DNA of 60,327 nucleotides. Origin: an uncultured Lachnospiraceae bacterium. GTDB taxonomy: Bacteria > Bacillota > Clostridia > Oscillospirales > CAG-272. How positions within the stretch are numbered: the stretch's first letter is position 1; each line of letters starts with the position of its first letter. The position numbers were made by a program, and so were the translations under genes. This document shows positions 37,462-46,737 of the stretch, piece by piece. The notes beneath the pieces were generated by a model that had not been told where the DNA came from, searched no databases, and was given only the letters and a program-made list of their open reading frames with translations. Location of the stretch: contig CAYXBY010000002.1 of the NCBI GenBank assembly GCA_964463325.1, positions 1 to 60,327 of the forward strand, in the 5' to 3' direction.

Positions 37462-38394
37462 ATGGCTAATATAACCGCTAAGGATGTTTCCGAGCTCCGC
37501 GCCAAGACGGGTCTTGGCATGATGGACTGCAAGAAGGCTCTGGTAGAGGCTGAGGGCGACGTTGAGAAGGCTATCAAGCTTCTGCGCGAAAAGGGTCTGG
37601 CTACCGCCGCCAAGAAGGAGAGCAGAATTGCCGCCGAGGGCGTGGTTGACTGCCTGACCGAGGGCAATGTCACCGCTATGATCGAGGTCAACACCGAGAC
37701 CGACTTCGTGGCAAAGAATGCAAGCTTCAAGGAGTTCGTTCACGGTCTGCTGGCAACCCTGGTCGCAGGCAAGCCTGCTGATATGGACGCCTTCATGAAG
37801 ATGCCCTTCAACGGCACCTCCATGACTGTTGATGCAGCACTGGTCGACAAGATCGCTGTTATCGGCGAGAAGATATCCATACGCCGCTTCGTTATCGTTG
37901 AGGGCGTGGTATCCACATATATCCACGGCATGGGCACCACCGGCGTTATCGTAAAGTTTGACGCTGACGATGCTGTTGTTGCAAACGAGGGCTTTGCAGC
38001 TGCCGCTAAGAATGTCGCGCTGCAGATCGCAGCTGGCTCTCCTCCCACCTACGTGGCTAAGGAGAACGTACCTGCTTCCGTCATCGACGAGGAGAAGGCC
38101 ATCATCAAGACTCAGATGGCTAACGACCCCAAGATGGCAGGCAAGCCCGAGAAGGTGCTTGAGGGCATCGTCATGGGCAAGCTGGGCAACTTCTACAAGG
38201 CAAACTGCCTGGTAGAGCAGGCCTATGTTAAGGACGATAAGCTGACCGTCGGCCAGTACCTCAAGGCATGCGCCAAGGAGCTGGGCGGTAAGTTTGAGGT
38301 CGTTGACTTCAAGATCTTCGAGAAGGGTGAGGGCATCCAGAAGCGTGAGGAGAACTTCGCTGAGGAGATCGCCAAGCTCGCAGGCAAGCAGTAA
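37462..38394 (+). CDS. tsf: translation elongation factor Ts
   Basis: MANITAKDVSELRAKTGLGMMDCKKALVEAEGDVEKAIKLLREKG (UBA-like N-terminus). Start set to ATG 37462. Confidence 0.96.
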   Translation: MANITAKDVSELRAKTGLGMMDCKKALVEAEGDVEKAIKLLREKGLATAAKKESRIAAEGVVDCLTEGNVTAMIEVNTETDFVAKNASFKEFVHGLLATLVAGKPADMDAFMKMPFNGTSMTVDAALVDKIAVIGEKISIRRFVIVEGVVSTYIHGMGTTGVIVKFDADDAVVANEGFAAAAKNVALQIAAGSPPTYVAKENVPASVIDEEKAIIKTQMANDPKMAGKPEKVLEGIVMGKLGNFYKANCLVEQAYVKDDKLTVGQYLKACAKELGGKFEVVDFKIFEKGEGIQKREENFAEEIAKLAGKQ

Positions 38395-38427
38395 TTTCGC
38401 TGCATAAAATCACATATTACAGCATTA

Positions 38428-38457
38428 CCCCGGTGGCATGTGTCCGCCGGGGTTTTG
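38428..38457 (+). terminator. tsf intrinsic terminator (15 nt before the next start codon)
   Basis: CCCCGGTGG (38428-38436) pairs with CCGCCGGGG (38444-38452), 9 bp including one G-U, followed by TTTTGT. Confidence 0.65.
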
Positions 38458-38471
38458 TAAAGGAGAAATAA

Positions 38472-39185
38472 ATGAGGATCGACAAGCTGCTATCTGAGTG
38501 TGGGCTCGCCAGCCGAAGCGAGGCCGGACGTGCCGCCCGCGCCGGGCGCATAACCGTCAATGGGGCGGTGGTGCGCTCAGCGGCGACCAATGTGGACGTT
38601 GAGCGTGATGTGGTTTGCCTTGACGGCGAGCGGGTGGAATACAGTGAATTTGTCTATATTCTGCTGAACAAGCCGGAGGGCTACGTCAGCGCGACGGAGG
38701 ACGGCCGCGACCCGACGGTGCTCGAGCTGCTGCCAGAGGGTGTGCGCCGCCGGGGACTGTTTCCCTGTGGGCGGTTGGACAAAAACACCGTGGGGCTTAT
38801 GCTGATCACCGACGATGGTGCGCTGGCGCACCGATTGCTGGCGCCACGGCGGCATGTTGAGAAAAAATACCGTTTCGAATGCCGAGGTGAGGTCAGCGAC
38901 GCCGATCGCGAGGCGCTGGAGCGCGGGTTGCGGCTGGCGGACGGCTATGTGACCCGCCCGGCCACTGTCCTGCTGGATGACGGCCGTCGCAGCGGTGTAA
39001 TCACGCTGCATGAGGGCAAATATCACCAGATAAAGCGCATGTTTGGCGCTGTAAATGACAACCGCATAACACGTCTGGAGCGCATCAGCTTTGGCCCGCT
39101 GGAGCTGGACGGGACGCTGGCACGCGGTGAGTGGCGCTATCTTGACGAGGACGAGCTGATGGCGCTGCGAGGTGAGCATGAATAA
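38472..39185 (+). CDS. RsuA-family rRNA pseudouridine synthase (S4 domain plus catalytic domain)
   Basis: S4 N-terminus MRIDKLLSECGLASRSEAGRAARAGRITVNG and catalytic Asp region GRLDKNTVGLMLIT. Confidence 0.9.
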   Translation: MRIDKLLSECGLASRSEAGRAARAGRITVNGAVVRSAATNVDVERDVVCLDGERVEYSEFVYILLNKPEGYVSATEDGRDPTVLELLPEGVRRRGLFPCGRLDKNTVGLMLITDDGALAHRLLAPRRHVEKKYRFECRGEVSDADREALERGLRLADGYVTRPATVLLDDGRRSGVITLHEGKYHQIKRMFGAVNDNRITRLERISFGPLELDGTLARGEWRYLDEDELMALRGEHE

Positions 39186-40044
39186 GACCAAAACGACGCT
39201 TGAGCCGTCGTCGTTGCCGCCGCATCTGCGGCATCTGCTCGATGGTGCAACCGTTTACGACAGCAGCTGCGGCGCGCGGGCGCGGGTGTTGTATCTTGAT
39301 ACGGGATATTATCTCAAGCTGGCCGCGCCGGGCAGCCTTTCGAACGAGGCTGAACTTGGACGGCTGCTTTATCCGCGCGGGCTGAGCGCCGAGGTGGTCG
39401 ACTACGTTAGGACGGCGGAGCGAGACATTCTGGTCACGCGCGAGGTGCCCGGCTGCGACTTGACGCATATTTGCGGCGAGCCGCTCGAGGTCTGTCGGCT
39501 GATGGCCCTGGCACTGCGAGGCCTGCATGAGCAGACGACGGACGGCCTGCCGGTTGCGCGGGCGCAGCTGGACTATGCCGGTGCGGTGCGGCGTCAGCTT
39601 GATGGCAAACGACACGTCAGCGCCGAGCTGTGCGACTATTTTGGCATTTGCGATGACGAGCAGACGCTCCGTCTTGCGCGTGAGGGCATTAGCAGCCTGT
39701 CTGCGGACACACTCATACATGGTGACGCCTGTCTGCCGAATGTCATACAGGCATCCGGACGGCTGAGTGGCTTTATCGACCTCGGCGGCGCCGGTGTCGG
39801 TGACCGACACATTGATCTTTATTGGGCGGTGTGGTCGCTTTGGTACAACCTCGGCACTGCCGACTTTTCCGACGCTTTTCTTGACATGTACGGCCGCGAC
39901 CGCTTCAGCGCGCACATGCTTCGTGCAATGGCAGCGATTGAGGAGCTTTTCGAGGCCTCGCCTGATTTTTCGGGGCTCTGCCCCGAACCCTGGCAGGGGA
40001 CGCGCCTCGGGGCTCTGCCCCGAACCCTGGCAGGGGACTTTTGA
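39178..40044 (+). CDS. APH(3')-like aminoglycoside/antibiotic phosphotransferase with repeat-encoded C-terminal extension
   Basis: Catalytic loop LIHGDACLPNV and IDLGGAGVGDRHIDL (Brenner/DxG region), with the family-typical end ...IEELF at 39937-39951. The ORF then runs 30 more codons, and the last 24 are encoded by the repeat starting at 39970. GTG 39172 is an alternative start. Confidence 0.8.
   Translation: MNKTKTTLEPSSLPPHLRHLLDGATVYDSSCGARARVLYLDTGYYLKLAAPGSLSNEAELGRLLYPRGLSAEVVDYVRTAERDILVTREVPGCDLTHICGEPLEVCRLMALALRGLHEQTTDGLPVARAQLDYAGAVRRQLDGKRHVSAELCDYFGICDDEQTLRLAREGISSLSADTLIHGDACLPNVIQASGRLSGFIDLGGAGVGDRHIDLYWAVWSLWYNLGTADFSDAFLDMYGRDRFSAHMLRAMAAIEELFEASPDFSGLCPEPWQGTRLGALPRTLAGDF
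39970..40000 (+). repeat. 31-bp duplicated head of the intergenic repeat unit
   Basis: TCGGGGCTCTGCCCCGAACCCTGGCAGGGGA is identical to 40007-40037. Confidence 0.9.
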
Positions 40045-40128
40045 AAAAGTCCCCTGCACCCCCAAAACTTCCAACAGCTTCGCGGAGGAATCGAAAAATA
40101 AGCGGTTAGGGTGAAGGACGCTTTGGAC
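40007..40128 (+). repeat. 122-bp structured repeat, copy 1
   Basis: Contains GGGGC-TCT-GCCCC (40009-40021) and a perfect 12-bp inverted repeat, CAGGGGACTTTT-GA-AAAAGTCCCCTG (40031-40056). Confidence 0.9.
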
Positions 40129-40150
40129 GTTCGTGAATTTAACCTGCTTT

Positions 40151-40272
40151 CTCGGGCTCTGCCCCGAACCCCGGCAGGGGACTTTTGAAAAAGTCCCCTG
40201 CACCCCCAAAACTTCCAACAGCTTCGCGGGGGAATCGAATAATAAGCGGTTAGGGTGAAGGACGCTTTGGAC
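40151..40272 (+). repeat. 122-bp structured repeat, copy 2
   Basis: From its 4th base it differs from copy 1 at 3 positions (40172, 40230, 40240) by manual alignment. The offset between copies is 144 bp, with a 22-bp spacer. Confidence 0.9.
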
Positions 40273-40352
40273 CTTCTCAGCCCTAACCGATTTTATTATT
40301 CTCAAATTGTTTGAAAGTTTTGCGGGGGCCGGGGGTGCAGGGCAGAGCCCTG
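40273..40352 (-). repeat. divergent inverted copy of the repeat lacking the 33-bp hairpin module
   Basis: The reverse complement reads CAGGGCTCTGCCCTGCACCCCC..AAAACTTTCAAACAATTTGAGAATAATAAAATCGGTTAGGGCTGAGAAG. It is colinear with the unit head, its CTGCACCCCC block and its tail, and joins copy 2 tail-to-tail. Confidence 0.75.
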
Positions 40353-40374
40353 CGCGAGCCCACAAAAAATGTGC

Positions 40375-40403
40375 TTTACATCTGCATGAAAATGTGATAT
40401 AAT
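40375..40403 (+). promoter_or_regulatory. sigma-70-type promoter for uvrB
   Basis: TTTACA (40375-40380), 17 nt, TATAAT (40398-40403), with a TGa extended -10. Confidence 0.55.
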
Positions 40404-40440
40404 AATGTAGGAAAAAATGAGGCTGTATTGGAGGCGTCGC

Positions 40441-42426
40441 ATGCTGCCGGGAAAATTCGTTCTCAAAAGTGAATATTCGCCGACCGGTGACCAGCCTGAG
40501 GCTATTGAGCGGCTGATCAACGGCGTCCGCGCCGGTGCGCACATGCAAACGCTGCTGGGCGTTACGGGCTCCGGCAAGACGTTCACCATGGCCAACGTCA
40601 TCGCGGCGCTCAACCGTCCGACGCTGGTGCTGGCGCACAACAAAACGCTGGCAGCGCAGCTGTGCTCGGAGTTCCGGGAGTTCTTCCCGGACAACGCCGT
40701 CGAATATTTCGTCTCATATTACGACTACTATCAGCCGGAGGCCTATATCCCCGGCAAGGACATGTATATTGAGAAGGATGCGCTGATAAATGATGAGATC
40801 GACCGCCTGCGCCACAGCGCGACCTCAGCGCTGTTTGAGCGGCGGGATGTTATCATCGTGGCGAGCGTGTCCTGCATATATTCGCTGGGCGACCCGAATG
40901 AATATTCGAGCCTGGTGCTGGCGCTGCGTCCCGGCATGCAAATGAGTCGCGAGCAGCTGATAGCACGGCTGGTGTCCATCAGCTATGACCGCAATGACAT
41001 CAACTTTGTGCGCGACAAGTTCCGCGTGCGTGGTGACACAGTCGAGATATTCCCGGCTGCAAGCGGTGACCGGGCGCTGCGGGTCGAATTTTTTGGCGAC
41101 GAGATAGAGCGGGTGTCCGAGGTCAATGTTGTGACGGGCGAGGTGCTGCGCGGGCTCAGCTATGCGGCTGTCTACCCGGCGACGCATTATGCCGTGTCCG
41201 ATGAAAAGCGAGAGGCGGCGCTGGCCGAGATAGAGGCCGAGATGCGTGAGCGGACGGCGTTTTTCCGTGCTGAGGGCAAGCTGCTGGAGGCGCAGAGAAT
41301 TGAGGAGCGCGTTAAGTATGACCTCGAGATGCTGCGCGAGATAGGCTTTTGCTCGGGCGTGGAGAATTATTCCCGCGTGCTGTCCGGCCGTGAGCCGGGC
41401 TCGACGCCGTACACGCTGCTCGACTATTTCCCGCAGGATTTTCTCATGTTTGTGGACGAGTCACATGTCACATTGCCGCAGGTGCGCGGCATGAGCGGCG
41501 GCGACACGGCGCGCAAGCGCAATCTTGTTGAGTACGGCTTCCGCCTGCCGTCGGCCTACGACAACAGGCCGCTGTATTTTGATGAATTCGAGTCAAGGAT
41601 AAATCAGGCGATATTCGTCAGCGCGACGCCCGGCGACTACGAGGCCGAGCATTCGAGCCAGACGGTGGAGCAGATCATCCGCCCGACTGGCTTGCTTGAC
41701 CCCGAGGTCGAGGTGCGGCCGGTTGAGGGACAGGTCGATGACCTGATGGGCGAGATCCGCCTGCGCACGGCGCGCGGTGAACGCGTGCTGGTGACGACGC
41801 TGACCAAAAAAATGGCCGAGGATCTCACCGATTATTTTGAAACAAACGGTATTCGCGTGCGCTACATTCACTTCAACGTCGACACTATCGAGCGCATGGA
41901 GATCATACGCGATCTGCGTTTGGGCGTGTTTGACGTGCTGGTTGGCATAAATCTGTTGCGCGAGGGTCTGGACATCCCCGAGGTGTCGCTGGTGGCGATA
42001 CTTGACGCGGATAAGGAGGGCTTTCTGCGCGCCGAGACCTCACTGATACAGACGATAGGCCGCGCGGCGCGAAATGCCGACGGCAAGGTCATAATGTACG
42101 CCGAGCACATCACCGGCTCGATGGAAAAAGCCATCCGTGAGACGCGCCGCCGCCGTGATATCCAGGCGAGCTACAACGCCGCGCACGGTATCGTGCCGCG
42201 TACTATCGTCAAGAGCGTGCGCGACATCATAGATATAGGCGCGTCGTCTGACGGCGGACACCGCGACGGTCGCGGCAAGGGCAGCAAGCCCGAGCGGGCG
42301 ATGAGTGCGCGTGACCGTGAGGCGCTTATCGAGCAGCTGACACGCGAGATGAAGGATGCTGCACGCCGGCTCGAATTTGAGCAGGCGGCTTATCTCAGAG
42401 ACAGGATCAAGGAATTAAAAAAATAG
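40441..42426 (+). CDS. uvrB: excinuclease ABC subunit B
   Basis: [21 protein letters not shown]-terminus, Walker [11 protein letters not shown], and a C-terminal UVR motif ([16 protein letters not shown]). GGAGG lies 6 nt before ATG 40441. Confidence 0.97.
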   Translation: MLPGKFVLKSEYSPTGDQPEAIERLINGVRAGAHMQTLLGVTGSGKTFTMANVIAALNRPTLVLAHNKTLAAQLCSEFREFFPDNAVEYFVSYYDYYQPEAYIPGKDMYIEKDALINDEIDRLRHSATSALFERRDVIIVASVSCIYSLGDPNEYSSLVLALRPGMQMSREQLIARLVSISYDRNDINFVRDKFRVRGDTVEIFPAASGDRALRVEFFGDEIERVSEVNVVTGEVLRGLSYAAVYPATHYAVSDEKREAALAEIEAEMRERTAFFRAEGKLLEAQRIEERVKYDLEMLREIGFCSGVENYSRVLSGREPGSTPYTLLDYFPQDFLMFVDESHVTLPQVRGMSGGDTARKRNLVEYGFRLPSAYDNRPLYFDEFESRINQAIFVSATPGDYEAEHSSQTVEQIIRPTGLLDPEVEVRPVEGQVDDLMGEIRLRTARGERVLVTTLTKKMAEDLTDYFETNGIRVRYIHFNVDTIERMEIIRDLRLGVFDVLVGINLLREGLDIPEVSLVAILDADKEGFLRAETSLIQTIGRAARNADGKVIMYAEHITGSMEKAIRETRRRRDIQASYNAAHGIVPRTIVKSVRDIIDIGASSDGGHRDGRGKGSKPERAMSARDREALIEQLTREMKDAARRLEFEQAAYLRDRIKELKK

Positions 42427-42442
42427 ATCACGAGGGAATAAC

Positions 42443-44599
42443 ATGGATATTATTGCTGTATTGGCACAGGAATTCAAGCTTGACCGCGGGCAGGTCGAGC
42501 GCACCGTCGGGCTTATCGACGAGGGCAACACCATTCCCTTTATCGCCCGTTACCGCAAGGAGGTCACCGGCTCGCTCGACGATACCGTGCTGCGTGACCT
42601 TGACGATCGCCTCACTTATCTGCGCAATATCGAAAAGCGCAAGGAGGAGGTCAAGGGGCTGATCGAGGCGCAGGGTAAGCTGACCGACGAGCTGGTCACC
42701 GCCATCGACGCCGCCAAGACCATCACCGAGGTCGACGATATTTACCGTCCCTACCGCCCCAAGCGCAAGACACGTGCGTCTGTCGCGCGGGAGCGGGGGC
42801 TGGAGCCGCTGGCCGAGCTGATAATGGCGCAGAACGCAACATATGAGCCGTCGCTCGCTGTGGTAGCTGAGGGCTATATTGACCCCGAGAAGGGTGTCGA
42901 GACTGCGGACGCTGCACTGGCAGGCGCTATGGACATTATTGCCGAGGACGTTTCGGACAACGCCGATTTCCGCAAGACTATCCGTGCGCTGACATGGGAT
43001 GACGGTGTGCTTTGCTCGACGGGAAGTGGCGATTCGGTCTATACGCAGTATTATGACTACACCGAAAAGCTCAAGCGCATTCCCGGGCACAGGATACTGG
43101 CTATCAACCGCGGTGAGAAGGAGGATTTCCTTAAGGTCACGCTGACGGCGCCGCGTGAGCTGATACTCAAATATCTCGGACACAAGCTGGTCACCAATGC
43201 AGATTCACCCGCCGTGACCTTCATCCGCGCCGCCATTGAGGACGGCTATGACCGCCTCATCGCGCCCAGCGTCGAGCGCGAGATACGCAATGACATGTTC
43301 GACAGCGCCAGCGAGGGCGCGATCAAGCTGTTCGCAGTTAACCTTCACAATCTGCTCATGCAGTCACCGCTCAAGGGCAAGACGGTGCTGGGCTTTGACC
43401 CCGGCTACCGCACCGGCTGCAAGCTGGCCGTCGTTGATAAGACGGGCAAGGTACTGGACACGGCCGTCATTTATCCGACCAAGCCGCAGGAGCGCATTGA
43501 AGAGAGCGGCCGCGTGGTGACGCGCCTGATACGCAAGTACGGTGTCAACGTGATAGCCATCGGCAACGGCACAGCCTCCAAGGAGAGCGAAATATTTATT
43601 GCCAATCTGCTGAAATCCATTCCCGAGGACGTGAAATATGTCATGGTCAGCGAGGCGGGCGCTTCGGTGTACTCGGCCTCCAAGCTGGGCGCCGACGAAT
43701 TTCCGGATTTTGACGTTACGCAGCGCTCGGCAGTATCGATAGCGCGCAGATTACAGGATCCGCTGGCCGAGCTGGTCAAGATCGACCCCAAATCCATCGG
43801 GGTAGGGCAGTATCAGCACGATATGAAGCCGGCAAGGTTAGATGACGCACTGACAGGCGTGGTCGAGGACTGCGTCAACGCGGTCGGTATCGACCTTAAC
43901 ACGGCCTCGCATTCACTGTTGGCCTATATTTCGGGCATTAACGCGACCTGCGCAAAGAATATCGTCAAATATCGCGAGGAAAACGGCGAATTTACCAGCC
44001 GTGCTCAAATACTTAAGGTGCCCAAGATCGGCGCTAAGGCGTTCGAGCAGTGCGCAGGCTTCCTCCGCGTGCCCGGAAGTACTGAGATACTGGATAATAC
44101 CGGCGTCCACCCCGAATCCTACGGCGCGGCGCGCGGACTGCTTGAGATGTTCGGCTACAGCGAGCAGGACGTCAAGGACGGCAGCCTGACATTCCTCAGT
44201 GAAAAGGTCAAGCTCAAGGGCACGGACAAGGTGGCCGAGAAGCTGGGCATAGGTGAGCCGACGCTGATCGATATCATCGGCGAGCTTGAAAAGCCGGGGC
44301 GCGATGTGCGCGACAGCCTGCCGCCGCCTGAGCTGCGGGACGACATTCTTGATATGAACGACCTCAAGGAGGGCATGATACTCAAGGGAACAGTGCGCAA
44401 CGTCATCGATTTTGGCGCCTTTGTCGACATTGGTGTGCATCAGGACGGCCTGGTGCATGTGTCGCAGCTGTCGGAGCGGTTCGTAAAGCACCCGTCCGAG
44501 GTGGTTTCGGTCGGCGATGTGGTCAATGTCAAGGTACTCGGCGTCGATACGCAGAAAAAGAAGATATCGCTCTCAATGAAGGGCGTAAAGCAAAGCTGA
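42443..44599 (+). CDS. tex: Tex-family transcription accessory protein (S1 RNA-binding domain)
   Basis: 718 aa. N-terminal Tex region (IPFIARYRKE), a YqgF-like/HHH middle and a C-terminal S1 domain (GTVRNVIDFGAFVDIG). Confidence 0.93.
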   Translation: MDIIAVLAQEFKLDRGQVERTVGLIDEGNTIPFIARYRKEVTGSLDDTVLRDLDDRLTYLRNIEKRKEEVKGLIEAQGKLTDELVTAIDAAKTITEVDDIYRPYRPKRKTRASVARERGLEPLAELIMAQNATYEPSLAVVAEGYIDPEKGVETADAALAGAMDIIAEDVSDNADFRKTIRALTWDDGVLCSTGSGDSVYTQYYDYTEKLKRIPGHRILAINRGEKEDFLKVTLTAPRELILKYLGHKLVTNADSPAVTFIRAAIEDGYDRLIAPSVEREIRNDMFDSASEGAIKLFAVNLHNLLMQSPLKGKTVLGFDPGYRTGCKLAVVDKTGKVLDTAVIYPTKPQERIEESGRVVTRLIRKYGVNVIAIGNGTASKESEIFIANLLKSIPEDVKYVMVSEAGASVYSASKLGADEFPDFDVTQRSAVSIARRLQDPLAELVKIDPKSIGVGQYQHDMKPARLDDALTGVVEDCVNAVGIDLNTASHSLLAYISGINATCAKNIVKYREENGEFTSRAQILKVPKIGAKAFEQCAGFLRVPGSTEILDNTGVHPESYGAARGLLEMFGYSEQDVKDGSLTFLSEKVKLKGTDKVAEKLGIGEPTLIDIIGELEKPGRDVRDSLPPPELRDDILDMNDLKEGMILKGTVRNVIDFGAFVDIGVHQDGLVHVSQLSERFVKHPSEVVSVGDVVNVKVLGVDTQKKKISLSMKGVKQS

Positions 44600-44615
44600 G
44601 CTTTGTGAGCATAAT

Positions 44616-44651
44616 AAAATGGCATCCCGATGTGACTCGGGGTGCCATTTT
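44616..44651. terminator. bidirectional intrinsic terminator between tex and the phosphohexomutase gene
   Basis: AAAATGGCATCCCGA (44616-44630), loop TGTGAC, TCGGGGTGCCATTTT (44637-44651). The stem is 15 bp with one G-U, and A/T runs are built into both arms. Confidence 0.8.
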
Positions 44652-44684
44652 GCTTTCGGGGTGCATGCGCGGAACTATAAGGCG

Positions 44685-44720
44685 ATGCGCACCCGACGCT
44701 GTTTGGCGTCAGGTGCGCAT
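44685..44720 (-). other. additional stable hairpin immediately after the phosphohexomutase stop
   Basis: ATGCGCACC-C-GACGC (44685-44699), loop TGTTTG, GCGTC-A-GGTGCGCAT (44706-44720), giving 9+5 bp. No T-run on either strand. Confidence 0.5.
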
Positions 44721-44724
44721 ATGA

Positions 44725-46446
44725 TTATTCCACAATGCTGTTCACCGCAGCTCGATAGGACTCAAGCTTGGCCTCAGCGGCGGTTGCGTCCCCGGCGGCG
44801 ATCAAATAATAGATCTTTACCTTGGGCTCGGTTCCCGAGGGGCGCACGATAATGACGTCCCCGTTTTCCAGTCCAAAGCGCAGCACGTCGGAGGGCGGCA
44901 GCCCGGTGTCGGACTCAGCGCCGCTGCCGCGGTCGTGCACGCGCCCGGACAGATAGTCACTGATGGTCGCTATACCGCAGCCGGCGAGCGAGGTGATGTC
45001 GGGTGAGCGGAAGGCCGCCATGATGCGCGCCATTTGCTCACGCCCGGTGTAGTCGTCCAGCACGATCTCCTGCGTCCGCTCGAGCGAGAAGCCGTATTTT
45101 GCGTAAAGCGCCTCCAACGCGTCGGCGAGCGTCATGCCGCGATCCTTGTAGTAGGCCGTCATTTCGCAGATTAGCATAGTCGCGACGACGGCGTCCTTGT
45201 CCCGTGCGTAGGTGCCCTTGAGGTAGCCATAGCTTTCCTCAGCGCCGAAAATGAAGCTTCCGTGCCCCTCGGCCTGCTTCTTTTTGATGACCTCGCCGAT
45301 ATACTTGAAGCCGGTCAGCACATTGTACAGCTCGACGCCGCCCGCGCGGCAGATCTTGCTCATAAGCTCAGTCGTGACAATGGATTTGACTGCATACGGC
45401 TCCGGCGGCGTGGTGCCGGTGCGCTCGTAGGCGTGAATGATGTAGTCGAGCAGCAGTGAGCCGGTCTGGTTGCCGTTCAGCGTGACGAATTTGCCGTCGC
45501 GTCCGCGAACCATGATGCCGACACGGTCAGCGTCGGGGTCGGTTGCAATGATAAGGTCACTTCCAACGCTGTCGGACAGCGGTATGCCGCAGCCGAACAC
45601 CTGAGGGTATTCGGGGTTGGGCTTGGGGGTGGTGGGGAAGTCGCCGTCGGGCGTGGCCTGCTCAGGGACGACATGCAGATGCTTGATACCGATGCGGCGC
45701 AGTATTTCGGGTACCAGGCGGTAGCCGGCACCGTGCAGCGGCGTGTAGACTATGCTCAGACGGTTGGCCGCGCGCGCGATGACCTCGCGATCTATCACCT
45801 GCGCCATGACGGCCTCGAGATATTTTTCGTCCGTCTCGGCGCCGATCATGCGAATAAGTCCGTCAGCTACAGCGTCATCAAAATCGCGGCGGCGGATGCC
45901 AGTGGCGAGGTCAATGCCCACCATGCGAGCGGCGATGCGCTCGGCTTGCTCGGGACCTATCTGTGCACCGTCCTCCCAGTAGGCCTTGTAGCCGTTATAT
46001 TCCTTGGGATTGTGGGAAGCGGTTATGTTGATGCCGGCGATGCAGCCGTAGTGGCGCAGCGCGAAAGATAGCTCAGGTGTCGGACGCAGCTCGTCGAAAA
46101 TATAGACGCCGATGCCGTTTCCGGCCAGCACCTCGGCGGCCGTGTGTGCAAAAAGACGAGAATTATGGCGGCTGTCGTAGGCTATGGCGACGGCACGGTC
46201 AGCCGCGCCCTCGGCAATGATGTAGTCAGCCAGCGCCTGCGTTGCGCCTGCGACGGTGAAGGTGTTCATGGCGTTGCAGCCCAGCTTCATTTTGCCGCGC
46301 AGCCCCGCCGTTCCAAACGCCAGCGACGAGCCGAAGCGTGCTTCAAGCTCAGCGGTGTTGCCCTCGAGTTGCTCGAGCTCGTTACGCTGCTCGGCAGTCA
46401 GGGCAGGGAGCGCCAGCCATTTTTGATATTGTTCAACGTAGGACAT
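44725..46446 (-). CDS. alpha-D-phosphohexomutase (phosphoglucomutase/phosphomannomutase family)
   Basis: Active-site Ser loop NITASHNPKEYNGYK. 573 aa, four-domain PGM/PMM architecture. Confidence 0.92.
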   Translation of the reverse strand: MSYVEQYQKWLALPALTAEQRNELEQLEGNTAELEARFGSSLAFGTAGLRGKMKLGCNAMNTFTVAGATQALADYIIAEGAADRAVAIAYDSRHNSRLFAHTAAEVLAGNGIGVYIFDELRPTPELSFALRHYGCIAGINITASHNPKEYNGYKAYWEDGAQIGPEQAERIAARMVGIDLATGIRRRDFDDAVADGLIRMIGAETDEKYLEAVMAQVIDREVIARAANRLSIVYTPLHGAGYRLVPEILRRIGIKHLHVVPEQATPDGDFPTTPKPNPEYPQVFGCGIPLSDSVGSDLIIATDPDADRVGIMVRGRDGKFVTLNGNQTGSLLLDYIIHAYERTGTTPPEPYAVKSIVTTELMSKICRAGGVELYNVLTGFKYIGEVIKKKQAEGHGSFIFGAEESYGYLKGTYARDKDAVVATMLICEMTAYYKDRGMTLADALEALYAKYGFSLERTQEIVLDDYTGREQMARIMAAFRSPDITSLAGCGIATISDYLSGRVHDRGSGAESDTGLPPSDVLRFGLENGDVIIVRPSGTEPKVKIYYLIAAGDATAAEAKLESYRAAVNSIVE

Positions 46447-46464
46447 ACTGCTTCCTCCGAATTG

Positions 46465-46719
46465 TTATTTTGCCAGGTGTTGCTCCAATGCCTGCGCCAG
46501 CTGATCCGGGCAGGAGGTGGGCTTGCCGCCGCAGCGAATGCCGCGCAGACGCGTTATGACGTCCTCGACGCGCATGCCGCGGGCGAGGCTTGCCACGCCC
46601 TGTGTGTTGCCGGAGCAGCCCCCGACAAATGTGACGTTTTGCACAACGCCGTCCTCAATATCGATGATTATCTGGCGCGAGCAGGTGCCGTGAGTATTAT
46701 ATGTGATTTGATCCTTCAT
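46465..46719 (-). CDS. TSCPD-domain small protein (TIGR03905-like)
   Basis: 84 aa with FVGGCSGNTQG and KPTSCPDQLAQALE motifs. Confidence 0.8.
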   Translation of the reverse strand: MKDQITYNTHGTCSRQIIIDIEDGVVQNVTFVGGCSGNTQGVASLARGMRVEDVITRLRGIRCGGKPTSCPDQLAQALEQHLAK

Positions 46720-46737
46720 TATTATAGCTCCTTGTGA

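Noticed and set aside
39970-40352. Possible CRISPR array.
   Set aside because: There are only two full copies. The units are 122 bp, far longer than CRISPR repeats, the spacer is 22 bp, one copy is inverted, and no cas genes are in the window.
40353-40440. LexA (Cheo/SOS) box in the uvrB promoter region.
   Set aside because: No GAAC-N4-GTTC-type palindrome lies near the promoter. The GAACC strings in the repeats lack the partner half-site.
39085-40638. 517-aa minus-strand ORF spanning the end of the pseudouridine synthase gene, the whole APH-like gene, the repeat array and the uvrB start.
   Set aside because: It crosses three independent features, including an intergenic repeat. Its internally repeated peptides (…LLEVLGVQGTFSKVPC.GSGQSP…) are just the translated repeat units. 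It is an artefact.
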